Shown here in pieces: positions 32,658-42,030 of a stretch of DNA of 64,000 nucleotides. The DNA is from Candidatus Glassbacteria bacterium (GTDB taxonomy: Bacteria > Gemmatimonadota > CAZMKB01), in contig JBHIFB010000001.1 of the NCBI GenBank assembly GCA_046760905.1, forward strand, positions 38,064 to 102,063, given 5' to 3'. The notes under the pieces were generated by a model. That model saw nothing but the letters and a program-made list of their open reading frames with translations. It was not told where the DNA came from and did not search any database. Numbering within the stretch: the stretch's first letter is position 1; each line of letters starts with the position of its first letter. A program made the position numbers and the translations under genes.

Positions 32658-33497
32658 ATGATCAGAACTTACGGTATCATAGGATTCATCGTGATAGTGG
32701 CAGCGGAGCTTCTCCTGTACTATGACGTTAGACCAGTACCACTGTTTTTTACACCCATTGTGTGGTGGGGGTACATCCTGTTTGCCGACAGCCTGGTTTT
32801 CAGGATGAGAGGTAGCTCACTTATCACCTCATACCCCAGAACCTTTCTTTGTATGCTCCCCATCTCGATTGGCTGCTGGCTTATATTCGAACTATACAAC
32901 CTGCACCTTGCAAACTGGGAGTATGTGAACCTGGCGGAATCATTCAAGGTGCGGGTGCTGGGTTACGTGCTGGCCTTCTCCACAATTTTCCCCGGGATCT
33001 ATGAGACGGCACACCTGATCCAGGCGCTATTCTTCCCGGACGGTCTTGCCGGGAGGAGAGTTTCCTTCTCCCATGGAATGAGGACCATGCTAATCGTGAT
33101 CGGGGCTGTTTTCATGATCACGCCGCTCCTCGTCCCCAAAGAGGTATCAAGCTATCTGTTCGCACTCGTCTGGATAGGCTTCATTCCTCTCCTGGATCCA
33201 ATCAACAGAAAGCTCGGAGCACCCTCAATAACAGCCCAGCTTGAGAACGGTGACTGGGAGACGTTTCTCTCATTCGCCCTGTCCGGCATAGTCTGTGGTT
33301 TCCTCTGGGAATTCTGGAACTACTGGGCACTGGCCAGATGGGTATATCACGTCCCGTTCTGGTCGAGTGTAAAGATCTTCGAAATGCCCGTGCCCGGTTT
33401 CCTGGGTTTCATTCCTTTCGCGCTGGAATGTTACGTGATGTTCAATCTATGTGCATCAGTCTTAGGCATTCAATACGTCCATTTCCCCAGGAGATAG
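32658..33497 (+). CDS. hypothetical polytopic membrane protein
   Basis: About eight predicted hydrophobic helices. No recognisable family motif. Confidence 0.45.
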   Translation: MIRTYGIIGFIVIVAAELLLYYDVRPVPLFFTPIVWWGYILFADSLVFRMRGSSLITSYPRTFLCMLPISIGCWLIFELYNLHLANWEYVNLAESFKVRVLGYVLAFSTIFPGIYETAHLIQALFFPDGLAGRRVSFSHGMRTMLIVIGAVFMITPLLVPKEVSSYLFALVWIGFIPLLDPINRKLGAPSITAQLENGDWETFLSFALSGIVCGFLWEFWNYWALARWVYHVPFWSSVKIFEMPVPGFLGFIPFALECYVMFNLCASVLGIQYVHFPRR

Positions 33498-33586
33498 AAT
33501 GTCAATAGCTCACAGGTGGGATGATCAGGGAAGCGTCCATTATCCAAAAGCCTTGCATTCGGAGCTGGATTTCAGGGTCCAGAGTC

Positions 33587-34453
33587 CTAGCGCGAGTCGT
33601 GGGAGCATTTGGGAACCCATCTTGGTCTGGCAGGAAGTGGAAAGCCAAGCAGATGCTGTGACAGGAGCACGGGCCTCTCGATCTGAGGGAAATGACCGCA
33701 GCGATCGATGATGAGCAGCTTGGCGCCATACTGATCAGATAGTGAGCGAAGAACCTTCCCGTCGCAGAGAGGATCATCCCTACCGGCTACAAACAGGATG
33801 GGCATTGAAGCGCCTCTCATTCCCGAGATCTGGCCAGCAAATTCATCTTCGATGAGGCACGACAGACGAAGAAGGCCTTCCCTTTTTTCATCGTCATCCA
33901 GAGGCTCGAGAATCCTCCCGATCATTTTCTCGTCAAGGGAATCAGGTTCATATACTAGCTCGCGGAAGATTTTCCGAATCCCATCCGGGTTCACTTTCAG
34001 CCGGAAGAAGGTTCCGAGCGCCGGAGATAAAACAGGCTTCAACCAGGGAAGATTCTCCTTCTTTCCCAGAAATGGTGAAAGGAGCACTAGACCAGCTACA
34101 GTGAGTGATGGACTGGCATTCATAACGGGATGGCAGCTGAAGGAGTGGGCGATAATGAGCGGATTTGACATGCCCATTTTGCGGATAAACTCCAGGATGA
34201 GATTCGAGAGGTGATCCATGGAAAATGTTTCAGGCACTTTCTGGGAAAAACCGTGGCCCGGTAAATCGGGGGCCATGTAACTGAACGAACCTGCAAGCCT
34301 ATCCATAAGAGGCAGCCAGATGGCTGAATATGTGCCGAGGCCGTGCATAAGGAGGAGTTCGTGTCCCGTACCTCCACAGAGATAGCTCATCGTCACTCCC
34401 TCTACCTTCACTTCCTCCCTTCTTGGTTTGATTTCGTTTTCCACGGAATTCAC
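33587..34453 (-). CDS. alpha/beta-fold hydrolase
   Basis: HGLG oxyanion-hole region (LLMHGLGT) and a nucleophile elbow variant (IIAHSFSC). Distal gene of the acyl-CoA operon. Confidence 0.65.
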   Translation of the reverse strand: MNSVENEIKPRREEVKVEGVTMSYLCGGTGHELLLMHGLGTYSAIWLPLMDRLAGSFSYMAPDLPGHGFSQKVPETFSMDHLSNLILEFIRKMGMSNPLIIAHSFSCHPVMNASPSLTVAGLVLLSPFLGKKENLPWLKPVLSPALGTFFRLKVNPDGIRKIFRELVYEPDSLDEKMIGRILEPLDDDEKREGLLRLSCLIEDEFAGQISGMRGASMPILFVAGRDDPLCDGKVLRSLSDQYGAKLLIIDRCGHFPQIERPVLLSQHLLGFPLPARPRWVPKCSHDSR

Positions 34454-34479
34454 ACCAGTTCGTTATCGTAGATACGTTG

Positions 34480-35037
34480 CTACTCTTTGACCGCCTTCAG
34501 ATCGACAAGGGGGGCTCCTGCATCCACCACCTCGCCCTCTTTCACAAGTACCTTCCTGACGATGGAATCATAGGGGGCTCTGATCTCGTTTTCCATCTTC
34601 ATTGCTTCTACGATGACCAGACTAGTACCCTTCTTGACTTCATCACCCGCTTTGACCTTCACTTTTATCACGTTGCCCGGCATCGGAGAGGATAGCTTAT
34701 CACGTGCGGTATCTTGAGACAGCCCGGTCGCTTCCTCCGCTTCATCTATCATCTCGAAGAGGTAGTGTTCGCCTTCTATCGTAACACTCCTGCTGCTCCC
34801 GACTCTGTTTATCAAGGCGATAAATGATTTCCCCTCTATTATTATTGAGAGCTCGTGTTCGGATATCCAATGGTAGTCGACACGGCTTGACCTACCGTCG
34901 ATGGTAATGAACAGACCTTCTTTGCCCTCGCTTATGTCCAGATCGTACCTTTTACCATCGAGTCTGAAGGATGTAGTCACTCTCTTCCTCCACTGCTTTT
35001 CTCCGCACCCTCGGGAGAACTGCCCAGGATCCTCCAT
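34480..35037 (-). CDS. biotin carboxyl carrier (BT-BCCP) segment of an acyl-CoA carboxylase alpha subunit
   Basis: C-terminal biotinylation motif EAMKMENEI. The N-terminal 100 aa resemble the BT linker domain. It overlaps the biotin carboxylase ORF by 61 nt in another frame. Confidence 0.75.
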   Translation of the reverse strand: MEDPGQFSRGCGEKQWRKRVTTSFRLDGKRYDLDISEGKEGLFITIDGRSSRVDYHWISEHELSIIIEGKSFIALINRVGSSRSVTIEGEHYLFEMIDEAEEATGLSQDTARDKLSSPMPGNVIKVKVKAGDEVKKGTSLVIVEAMKMENEIRAPYDSIVRKVLVKEGEVVDAGAPLVDLKAVKE

Positions 35038-36539
35038 CCGTTAAATCTTTCCCACGGGCTCTGATAGACCGGGGGGTGTGATTCACCCCTTGCCTTTGAA
35101 CGTTCATCTCTTTTCTGATCGATCGCCGCTGCGATAAGGGCCTCTCTCAGATGCAACCTCCTGGCTTTCGTCTCCTTCCAGGAAGGAAGGAAACGCGGTA
35201 TTGTCTCGGTTGTAGTAAGGCCCTTGGCGAAATCGGGATCATCCATGAGATCGGTGAGAAAATCTATAGTCGTCTTTATCCCGAGCACTCTGTACTCGAG
35301 GAGTGCTCTCTTCATCCTCTTCCTGGCCGTCTCCCGGTCCTGCCCCCAAACGATCACCTTTGAGAGTATAGGGTCATAGTACATGGGAACATCACAGCCG
35401 CTATACATGCCTGAATCGACCCTCACCCCGATGCCTTCCGGTTCCCTGAGGAAGCCGACCTTTCCAAACGACGGCAGGAAGTCGTTTTCAGGATCTTCCG
35501 CGTAGATGCGACACTCGATAACATGCCCGTGGGGCGTTAGGTCCTCCTGACTCAGGTCGAGCGGGAGGCCTGCTGAAATCTTTATCTGCTCCTTCACAAG
35601 GTCAACACCCGCAATGAGCTCGGTAACCGGATGTTCGACCTGAAGCCTGGTGTTTACCTCAAGAAAATAGAAGCGTCCCTCTCCATCGACTAGAAACTCC
35701 ACCGTTCCAGCGTTTCTGTATCCGACGGCCCTGACCACATCGACCGCCGCCCTGGCCATCTCCCTCCGTTTTTCTTCATTCAATGCTGCAGAAGGCGATT
35801 CCTCAACGATCTTCTGGTGCCTGCGCTGAATAGAGCACTCCCTCTCAAAGAGGTGTACTATATTCCCGTAGTGATCGGCCAGAATCTGAAACTCGATGTG
35901 CCTCGGTTCCTGGATATACTTTTCCAGATATACGCTCGAGTCGCCGAACGCAAAATCAGCCTCCCTCATTGCACCTTCGAAAGCTTCTTTCAACGCCTCC
36001 CCATCCTGGATGACTCGCATCCCCTTCCCGCCCCCGCCGGAAGCCGCTTTTATCATGACCGGGAATCCTATCTTCTCCGCCTCCTCAAGCAGCGTGCTTG
36101 ATTTGACAGCCTCCCCCACCATGCCCGGAATGATGGGTATGCCGGCCTCAGTGACCTTCTCTCTCGATTTGAGTTTGTTCCCGAGGAATCGTATCTCCTC
36201 ATGGCCGGGTCCGATGAATGTGATGCCGGCATCGGTACACTTTTTCGCGAAATCCGGATTTTCTGCGAGGAATCCATATCCAGGGTGGATCGCCTCGACA
36301 CCTGAGGTCCTGGCTGCCCTGATGATGGCTGTATGGTCCAGGTAGCTCCTAGTCGGTTCGGGCGGGCCTATGCAGACCGCTTCATCAGCCATCTGGACAT
36401 GTAGCGCTTTCCTGTCGACCTCGGAATATATCGCAACGCTCCCTATGCCCATATCCCGAAGCGTTCTAATCAAACGGACTGCGATCTCGCCCCTGTTCGC
36501 TATGAGTATCTTACCGAACACCTTGCAAACCTCATTCAT
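34977..36539 (-). CDS. biotin carboxylase (acyl-CoA carboxylase alpha, BC domain)
   Basis: ILIANRGEIAVR and the ATP-grasp motifs. The SPWERFNGWR tail normally continues into the BT-BCCP domain. Confidence 0.9.
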   Translation of the reverse strand: MNEVCKVFGKILIANRGEIAVRLIRTLRDMGIGSVAIYSEVDRKALHVQMADEAVCIGPPEPTRSYLDHTAIIRAARTSGVEAIHPGYGFLAENPDFAKKCTDAGITFIGPGHEEIRFLGNKLKSREKVTEAGIPIIPGMVGEAVKSSTLLEEAEKIGFPVMIKAASGGGGKGMRVIQDGEALKEAFEGAMREADFAFGDSSVYLEKYIQEPRHIEFQILADHYGNIVHLFERECSIQRRHQKIVEESPSAALNEEKRREMARAAVDVVRAVGYRNAGTVEFLVDGEGRFYFLEVNTRLQVEHPVTELIAGVDLVKEQIKISAGLPLDLSQEDLTPHGHVIECRIYAEDPENDFLPSFGKVGFLREPEGIGVRVDSGMYSGCDVPMYYDPILSKVIVWGQDRETARKRMKRALLEYRVLGIKTTIDFLTDLMDDPDFAKGLTTTETIPRFLPSWKETKARRLHLREALIAAAIDQKRDERSKARGESHPPVYQSPWERFNGWRILGSSPEGAEKSSGGRE

Positions 36540-37329
36540 CGGACTGCCAGGAAGGCTTTCTCTTCTCGAGGTAGGCCCTGAGCCCTTCCTGACCCTCGGG
36601 CGACACCCTCATCTCGGCGATAAGCCTGGCGGTGTACTCCTTCGCAACCTCGAGAGAGCTGCCTGTTACGCTCTCGATGAGCTTTTTGCTCGCGGTCACC
36701 GCGCCCGGCGCGCCTTTTTCTATTCTTTCCACATACTCAGTGACGACCTCATCCAGCTCGTCGCCTGTCACGATACAGTTCACGAGTCCTATTTCATGCG
36801 CACGGGAAGTACTTATCTTCTCACCCGTAAGGAAAAGTTGCCTCGTCACACCCTCACCGACCTTCTTCAGCACGTATGGTGCAATGCAGGAGGGTACCAC
36901 GCCGATCCTAACCTCGCTGAAGGCAAAGAATGCATCCTCCACGGACACCGCTATGTCGCAGGCTGCAACGAAGCCGATCCCTCCCCCCATCGCGGGTCCA
37001 TTCACCATCGCGATAGTGGGAAGAGGGTGCGAGTACAGCTCATAGAGGCAGTGAGCGAGCTCCTCGGCTTCCCTGAGGTTCTCCTCCAGGCTCAGATCCA
37101 TGCTCTTCTTCATCCAGGAGATGTCTGCACCGGCACAGAAGCAGGTCCCTTCACCGGTGAGGATTATCACCCTGTAGTTTTTTTCACGACGAAGATTTGC
37201 CAGCGCGTCGCGGAGTTCCACTAGCATTTCGAGGTCGAAGGCGTTCCTGACCTCCTGCCTGGCGAAAGAGATCAATGCTGCCCTGCCGTGAGGCTTGATG
37301 GTTATCTTCCTGTATCCATCCTGCTTCAA
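36532..37329 (-). CDS. enoyl-CoA hydratase (methylglutaconyl-CoA hydratase-like, LiuC-type)
   Basis: Crotonase fold (ITGEGTCFCAGADI...). Start proposed at the TTG 4 nt after AGAGGAGG, which avoids overlap with the upstream carboxyltransferase; the longest ORF reaches 37407. Confidence 0.8.
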   Translation of the reverse strand: MKQDGYRKITIKPHGRAALISFARQEVRNAFDLEMLVELRDALANLRREKNYRVIILTGEGTCFCAGADISWMKKSMDLSLEENLREAEELAHCLYELYSHPLPTIAMVNGPAMGGGIGFVAACDIAVSVEDAFFAFSEVRIGVVPSCIAPYVLKKVGEGVTRQLFLTGEKISTSRAHEIGLVNCIVTGDELDEVVTEYVERIEKGAPGAVTASKKLIESVTGSSLEVAKEYTARLIAEMRVSPEGQEGLRAYLEKRKPSWQSDE

Positions 37330-37342
37330 GCAACCTCCTCTG

Positions 37343-38950
37343 CTACATACGGAACACGCCGTAGGCCTGATCCGGGATAGGTGCATTGAGCGACATGGAG
37401 ATTCCAAGCGCGAGAGCTTCCCTTGTCTTCAAAGGATCTATTATGCCATCATCCCAGATGCGAGCCGATGCGTAGTACGGGTTCCCCTCGTCCTCATACT
37501 TCTTCAGCGTCGGTGCTTTGAACTCCTCCTGCTCCTCAGGGGTCATGCTCTTTCCTTCCTTCCGGAGCTGCTCCAGTTTGACAGTCAGTAGCACGTTTGC
37601 CGCCTGTTCGCCTCCCATTACCGAGATCCTCGCATTGGGCCACATCCAGAGCAATCTCGCGCCGTAGGCACGGCCGCACATTCCGTAGTTACCAGCACCA
37701 TAAGATCCACCTATGATGAGTGTGAACTTCGGCACCCTGGCGTTCGCCACAGCATGAACCAGTTTCGCACCGTCTTTGGCGATGCCACCGTGCTCATACT
37801 GCTTGCCAACGATGAAGCCGGTTATGTTCTGGAGGAATATGATCGGGATTTTCCTTATCGTACACAGTTCAACGAAGTGTGCCCCTTTGAGGGCGCTCTC
37901 GCTGAACAGTACGCCGTTGTTGGCCAGTATTCCGACCGGGTAACCTTCTATGTAGGCGAAACCGCAAACGAGGGTTGTGCCATACAGCTCCTTGAATTCG
38001 TGGAATCTGCTGCCGTCAACCAAACGGGCGATTATCTCCCTCATGTCGAACTGCCGCCTCAGGTCCTTAGGTATGATGCCGTATATCTCTTCGGGATCGT
38101 AATATGGTTCTTCCGGTTCCCTCACATCGAGTCTACTTTTCTCTTCCTTCGGAACGTTCTCTATGATGTTCCTTGCCAGTTCAATGGCATGCTCATCATC
38201 GATTGCATAATGGTCACTCACTCCCGAAATTCTGCAGTGCACATCGGCGCCTCCCAACTCCTCGGCGGTCACATCAACGCCTGTCGCCGCCTTCACAAGA
38301 GGCGGACCACCGATATATATCGTCCCCTGTTGTTTAACGATGATCGTCTCGTCACTCATCGCAGGAACGTATGCACCTCCGGCTGTGCAGAAACCAAGCA
38401 CCACGCTGACCTGGGCGATGCCCATCGATGACATCACGGCCTGGTTGAAGAAAATGCGACCGAAGTGAGCCTTGTCCGGGAAAACACCCGCCTGAAGCGG
38501 CAAGAAGACACCGCCCGAATCGACGAGGTAGACGCACGGAAGGCGGTTCTCCATTGCTATCTCCTGAGCCCTGAGGTGCTTCTTTATAGTCATCGGGAAA
38601 TACGTTCCGCCTTTGACTGTCGCATCGTTTGCGACGATCATCACCTCACGCCCGTGAATCCTCCCTATCCCTGTCACTATGCCTGCCGAAGGTGCTTCGC
38701 CACCGTACATGCCATAGGCTGCGAATGGAGAGAGCTCAAGGAAAGGGCTTCTCTTATCGATGAGCAGGCTGATACATTCCCGCGCCGTCAGCTTCCCTCG
38801 TTCCTTGTGCTTCTTGTGTGCCTTGGAAGGTCCCCCTTTCTTGATCTTCTCATACCTTTTGCCCAGTTCCTCGACGAGGGCTGTCATCGATTCCTTGTTA
38901 TCCTTGAAGTCCTGGCTGGTTGTGTCAATTCTGGAATTGATCCTGTACAT
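37343..38950 (-). CDS. methylcrotonoyl-CoA carboxylase beta subunit-type carboxyltransferase
   Basis: 535-aa two-domain carboxyltransferase of MCCB/PCCB type ([12 protein letters not shown] ... [15 protein letters not shown]). Confidence 0.9.
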   Translation of the reverse strand: MYRINSRIDTTSQDFKDNKESMTALVEELGKRYEKIKKGGPSKAHKKHKERGKLTARECISLLIDKRSPFLELSPFAAYGMYGGEAPSAGIVTGIGRIHGREVMIVANDATVKGGTYFPMTIKKHLRAQEIAMENRLPCVYLVDSGGVFLPLQAGVFPDKAHFGRIFFNQAVMSSMGIAQVSVVLGFCTAGGAYVPAMSDETIIVKQQGTIYIGGPPLVKAATGVDVTAEELGGADVHCRISGVSDHYAIDDEHAIELARNIIENVPKEEKSRLDVREPEEPYYDPEEIYGIIPKDLRRQFDMREIIARLVDGSRFHEFKELYGTTLVCGFAYIEGYPVGILANNGVLFSESALKGAHFVELCTIRKIPIIFLQNITGFIVGKQYEHGGIAKDGAKLVHAVANARVPKFTLIIGGSYGAGNYGMCGRAYGARLLWMWPNARISVMGGEQAANVLLTVKLEQLRKEGKSMTPEEQEEFKAPTLKKYEDEGNPYYASARIWDDGIIDPLKTREALALGISMSLNAPIPDQAYGVFRM

Positions 38951-39130
38951 TTTCTTCCTTCCGGATCCTGTTTAAGAGACCAGTTTTTTCCCTTGAAGGA
39001 GAGAGCGGTTTCTGATGCGCGAAAGGTATCGCGAAGGCCCCTGGCCTGGAGAACATGTGAAAACAATGCATCGACCGGCATCCGCTCATGAATCGGTCGC
39101 AGGTGTCAGACGACATGAGAAGCGTGGAGC

Positions 39131-39523
39131 TCACTCCACCACTGCTTTGTGTCCATAACAGAGGATGCCTTCGTCCCCATCTTTCTGTATCATTCTAAAC
39201 TCGAGCTTCACAGGCATCCCGATCTTCAGCTCATCAGATTCTACATCGGCTATGCCTACTGTAAGCCTCACGCCCTCTTCAGTCTCGACTATCCCTACGG
39301 CGTAAGGAGTATCATCTCTGAACTGTGGGGGCGGTACGTGGATAACAGTGTAAGTCAGGAGCTTTCCTCTGTTTGAAAGATTCTTAGTCTCGAATTCTCT
39401 GTTTTTACACTCCGGGCAAATCGCTCTGGGCGGATAAGCAATAAATCCGCATTTTGTGCACAGCGCCGCCTGGAGCCTGTATCTCTGGGGAGTCTCCCTC
39501 CAGTATCTCTGAGCGGTACTCAT
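39131..39523 (-). CDS. DUF35 Zn-ribbon/OB-fold protein (partner of the thiolase/HMG-CoA synthase complex)
   Basis: [20 protein letters not shown] zinc ribbon followed by an OB fold. Overlaps the thiolase stop by 4 nt. Confidence 0.8.
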   Translation of the reverse strand: MSTAQRYWRETPQRYRLQAALCTKCGFIAYPPRAICPECKNREFETKNLSNRGKLLTYTVIHVPPPQFRDDTPYAVGIVETEEGVRLTVGIADVESDELKIGMPVKLEFRMIQKDGDEGILCYGHKAVVE

Positions 39524-40677
39524 GCCACCTCCAGTATGTGAATGACACTGCTTCCTCCGGTTCCACCCATATTCTGCGCGAGCGCCACCTTCGCACCTTC
39601 AACTTGTCTTCCGTCGGCTTCTCCCCTAAGCTGCTTTACGAGTTCCACCAATTGAGCACACCCTGTCGCACCGACCGGGTGCCCCTTGGACTTGAGTCCC
39701 CCGCTCATGTTTACCGGTATTTTACCACCCATGTCCGTGAGGCCGGATTCCGCCGCCTGGCCTCCTTTGCCCTTCTCAACGAAACCTAGATCCTCTATGA
39801 CGCATATCTCGGCTATTGTGAAGCAGTCGTGCACCTCAGCAATATCTATTTCGCCTGGTATCTTCCCGGCCATCTTGTAAGCTTTCTCTGCCGCTTTCAC
39901 GGTGGAATCTATTACAGTGATGTCCTTCCTACTATGCAGCGCCATAGAATCCGTAGCATTCGTGGAGGCGATGATCTTCACAGCCGGCTTTCTCGACAGC
40001 TTCTTCGCCATATCGAGAGGACACATCAGAACCGCAGCAGCACCATCAGTGATCGGTGAGCAATGCAAGATCCTGAGTGGATCGGCTACCATCGTCGAAC
40101 TCATGACTCCCTCTAGGGTGACCTCAAAAGGATATTGACCAAGCGGATTCTTAGCACCATGCTTGTGATTTTTAACAGCGACATGGGCGAGTTGTTCCAG
40201 TGTCGTACCGTATCTTTCCATGTGAGCGCGTGCTATCATGGCGTAAAGACCGGGGAAGGTCGCCCCGTTGTATACCTCGTACTCCTGATCGGCTGCCGTT
40301 GCCAGTGCGAACGTGGCCCCGGCTCCCGATACATCGGTCATCTTCTCGACACCGGTCGCGAGCACGATGTCGCTCATACCCGATGCAACTTCGGTATACG
40401 CCATCTTCGCGCTGAGGCCCCCCGATGCACAGGCCGATTCGACTCTCGCGCAAGGCGACGGACACGCCCCGAGGTAATCGGCCAGCAGGGAGGACAGATG
40501 TTCCTGTTCAACAAAAAGTCCGCTGGACATCGATCCCACATAGATCGAATCAACGTGATCCACACCGGCATCATCTATCGCAAGGAGAGCCGCTTCGACC
40601 CAGATATCCCTGAGAGACTTATCCCACAGCTCACCCCACTTGTTCATCCCGACTCCTATTATCGCAACGTCCCTCAT
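39520..40677 (-). CDS. thiolase (acetyl-CoA C-acetyltransferase, archaeal/SCP-x-like type)
   Basis: N-terminus [13 protein letters not shown] is typical of DUF35-associated thiolases. Catalytic Cys region present. 385 aa. Confidence 0.85.
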   Translation of the reverse strand: MRDVAIIGVGMNKWGELWDKSLRDIWVEAALLAIDDAGVDHVDSIYVGSMSSGLFVEQEHLSSLLADYLGACPSPCARVESACASGGLSAKMAYTEVASGMSDIVLATGVEKMTDVSGAGATFALATAADQEYEVYNGATFPGLYAMIARAHMERYGTTLEQLAHVAVKNHKHGAKNPLGQYPFEVTLEGVMSSTMVADPLRILHCSPITDGAAAVLMCPLDMAKKLSRKPAVKIIASTNATDSMALHSRKDITVIDSTVKAAEKAYKMAGKIPGEIDIAEVHDCFTIAEICVIEDLGFVEKGKGGQAAESGLTDMGGKIPVNMSGGLKSKGHPVGATGCAQLVELVKQLRGEADGRQVEGAKVALAQNMGGTGGSSVIHILEVA

Positions 40678-40687
40678 TCGACTCCTC

Positions 40688-41734
40688 CTACCTCTTGAGC
40701 TTTATCTTTCCTCTGAATTTTGCATACCTGCCGTAATCGATGTACTTCTTCTGTCCATCGAGCATGGTTCTTGTTTTTACTGCGCGATCTCTCACCTCCA
40801 GGAGCCTGTCTGTCGCCCTGAATACGAAGGCATCGGATCCGGCACCGGAGCCATATGAGACCATGAGGATTGTGTGTCCCGGATCTGCGATGTCTAAGAC
40901 TGCCGTGAGGCCCATGGGTGATGAGCCGGAGTACGTATTCCCCAATACGGGGCAGAGCCAGCCCGGTTCTATTTTCTCTCTAGGAATGCCCAGAAGCTTC
41001 CCGGCCCGCATCGGGAACTTCCCGTTAGGCTGATGAAAGATGGCCCAGTCGATTTCATCGGCTGAGAGGCCGCTCCTTTTCAGGATCCCTTTCGCGGCTC
41101 CGAGCGTGTGCTTGAAGTATGCAGGCTCTCCTGTGAACCTGCCCGCGTGACTCGGATAGAACTGGTACTCCCTCCGCCAGAAATCCGGGGTGTCCGTCAT
41201 GAAGGAATAGGTGGCCTCGACCGTGGCGAGCGGCTTTTCCTTTCCGAATATGAATGCGGCCGCCCCTGCGGCGGTTGAATACTCGAGGGCATCGCCCGGT
41301 GCACCCTGAGATGTGTCGGCACCGACTGCGAGCCCGTATTCAATCGCACCGCTTTCAACGAGGCCAATCGCAACGAACATTCCCTCGGAACCCGCCTTGC
41401 AGGCAAACTCGAAATCTGCGCAATGGACGTCGGGTGTGGCGCCGATTGCCTCGGCGAGAACTGTTCCGCTCGGTTTCACCGCATACGGGTGTGATTCTGA
41501 ACCCACATAGACGGCCCCAATTTTCGAAGGATCTATTCCAGCCCGTGCGAGCGCGTTCCTGCTTGCTTCGACTGACATGGTGATCGTGTCCTGATCAGGA
41601 GCAGGTACGGATTTTTCAGTGAGCATCAAACCTTTTTTGTAACTCTCGGCATTCGCTCCCCATACCTTCGCTATCTCCTCCACTTTTATTCGATGCCGCG
41701 GTATGTAGGCACCGTATCCCACTATACCGACCAT
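40688..41734 (-). CDS. hydroxymethylglutaryl-CoA synthase (archaeal-type HMGCS)
   Basis: [26 protein letters not shown]...[12 protein letters not shown] closely follows archaeal HMGCS. Start placed at the conserved MVGIVGYG; the ORF extends to 41770. Confidence 0.85.
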   Translation of the reverse strand: MVGIVGYGAYIPRHRIKVEEIAKVWGANAESYKKGLMLTEKSVPAPDQDTITMSVEASRNALARAGIDPSKIGAVYVGSESHPYAVKPSGTVLAEAIGATPDVHCADFEFACKAGSEGMFVAIGLVESGAIEYGLAVGADTSQGAPGDALEYSTAAGAAAFIFGKEKPLATVEATYSFMTDTPDFWRREYQFYPSHAGRFTGEPAYFKHTLGAAKGILKRSGLSADEIDWAIFHQPNGKFPMRAGKLLGIPREKIEPGWLCPVLGNTYSGSSPMGLTAVLDIADPGHTILMVSYGSGAGSDAFVFRATDRLLEVRDRAVKTRTMLDGQKKYIDYGRYAKFRGKIKLKR

Positions 41735-41865
41735 AGAAGAACCTCCGTCTCTCAATTCCACTAAGAACATTTAAAAATCAGTAGTTAAATATAGCACCGG
41801 CCAGAGAAGCTGTCAATTTACATGCTCAACGTGGATTACTATACTTGCTTAGTGGTCGCGTTCGC

Positions 41866-42000
41866 AATTACGGTAACATATTATCACTCTGGGAAGCGAC
41901 CTTGCGCGAGCTTCCGAAAAGGGCCCTGGGGGGCGCGAGCCCCTGTGGAAGTGCTGCGTTTCCTTCCCAGAAACGTTACCGTAATTATGAAACGCAGCAC
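41866..42000. repeat. two interleaved perfect 12-bp inverted repeats in a divergent intergenic region
   Basis: AATTACGGTAAC (41866-41877) pairs with GTTACCGTAATT (41975-41986). GTGCTGCGTTTC (41951-41962) pairs with GAAACGCAGCAC (41989-42000). The order is A..B..A'..B'. Confidence 0.55.
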
Positions 42001-42030
42001 TTAGGAGAACATACCTGCAGGGAGTGAAGG

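Noticed and set aside
37343-37407. 65-nt overlap between the carboxyltransferase and enoyl-CoA hydratase genes
   Set aside because: It is probably an artefact of the longest-ORF start. A TTG at 37329 preceded by AGAGGAGG gives a non-overlapping hydratase of normal length.
40135-40698. 187-aa plus-strand ORF and overlapping Arg-rich minus ORFs
   Set aside because: They lie inside or antisense to the thiolase gene and have Arg-rich junk composition.
41866-41986. Outer inverted-repeat pair interpreted as a MITE
   Set aside because: No target-site duplication is evident and there are no other copies in this window. It is kept only as one hypothesis in the findings.
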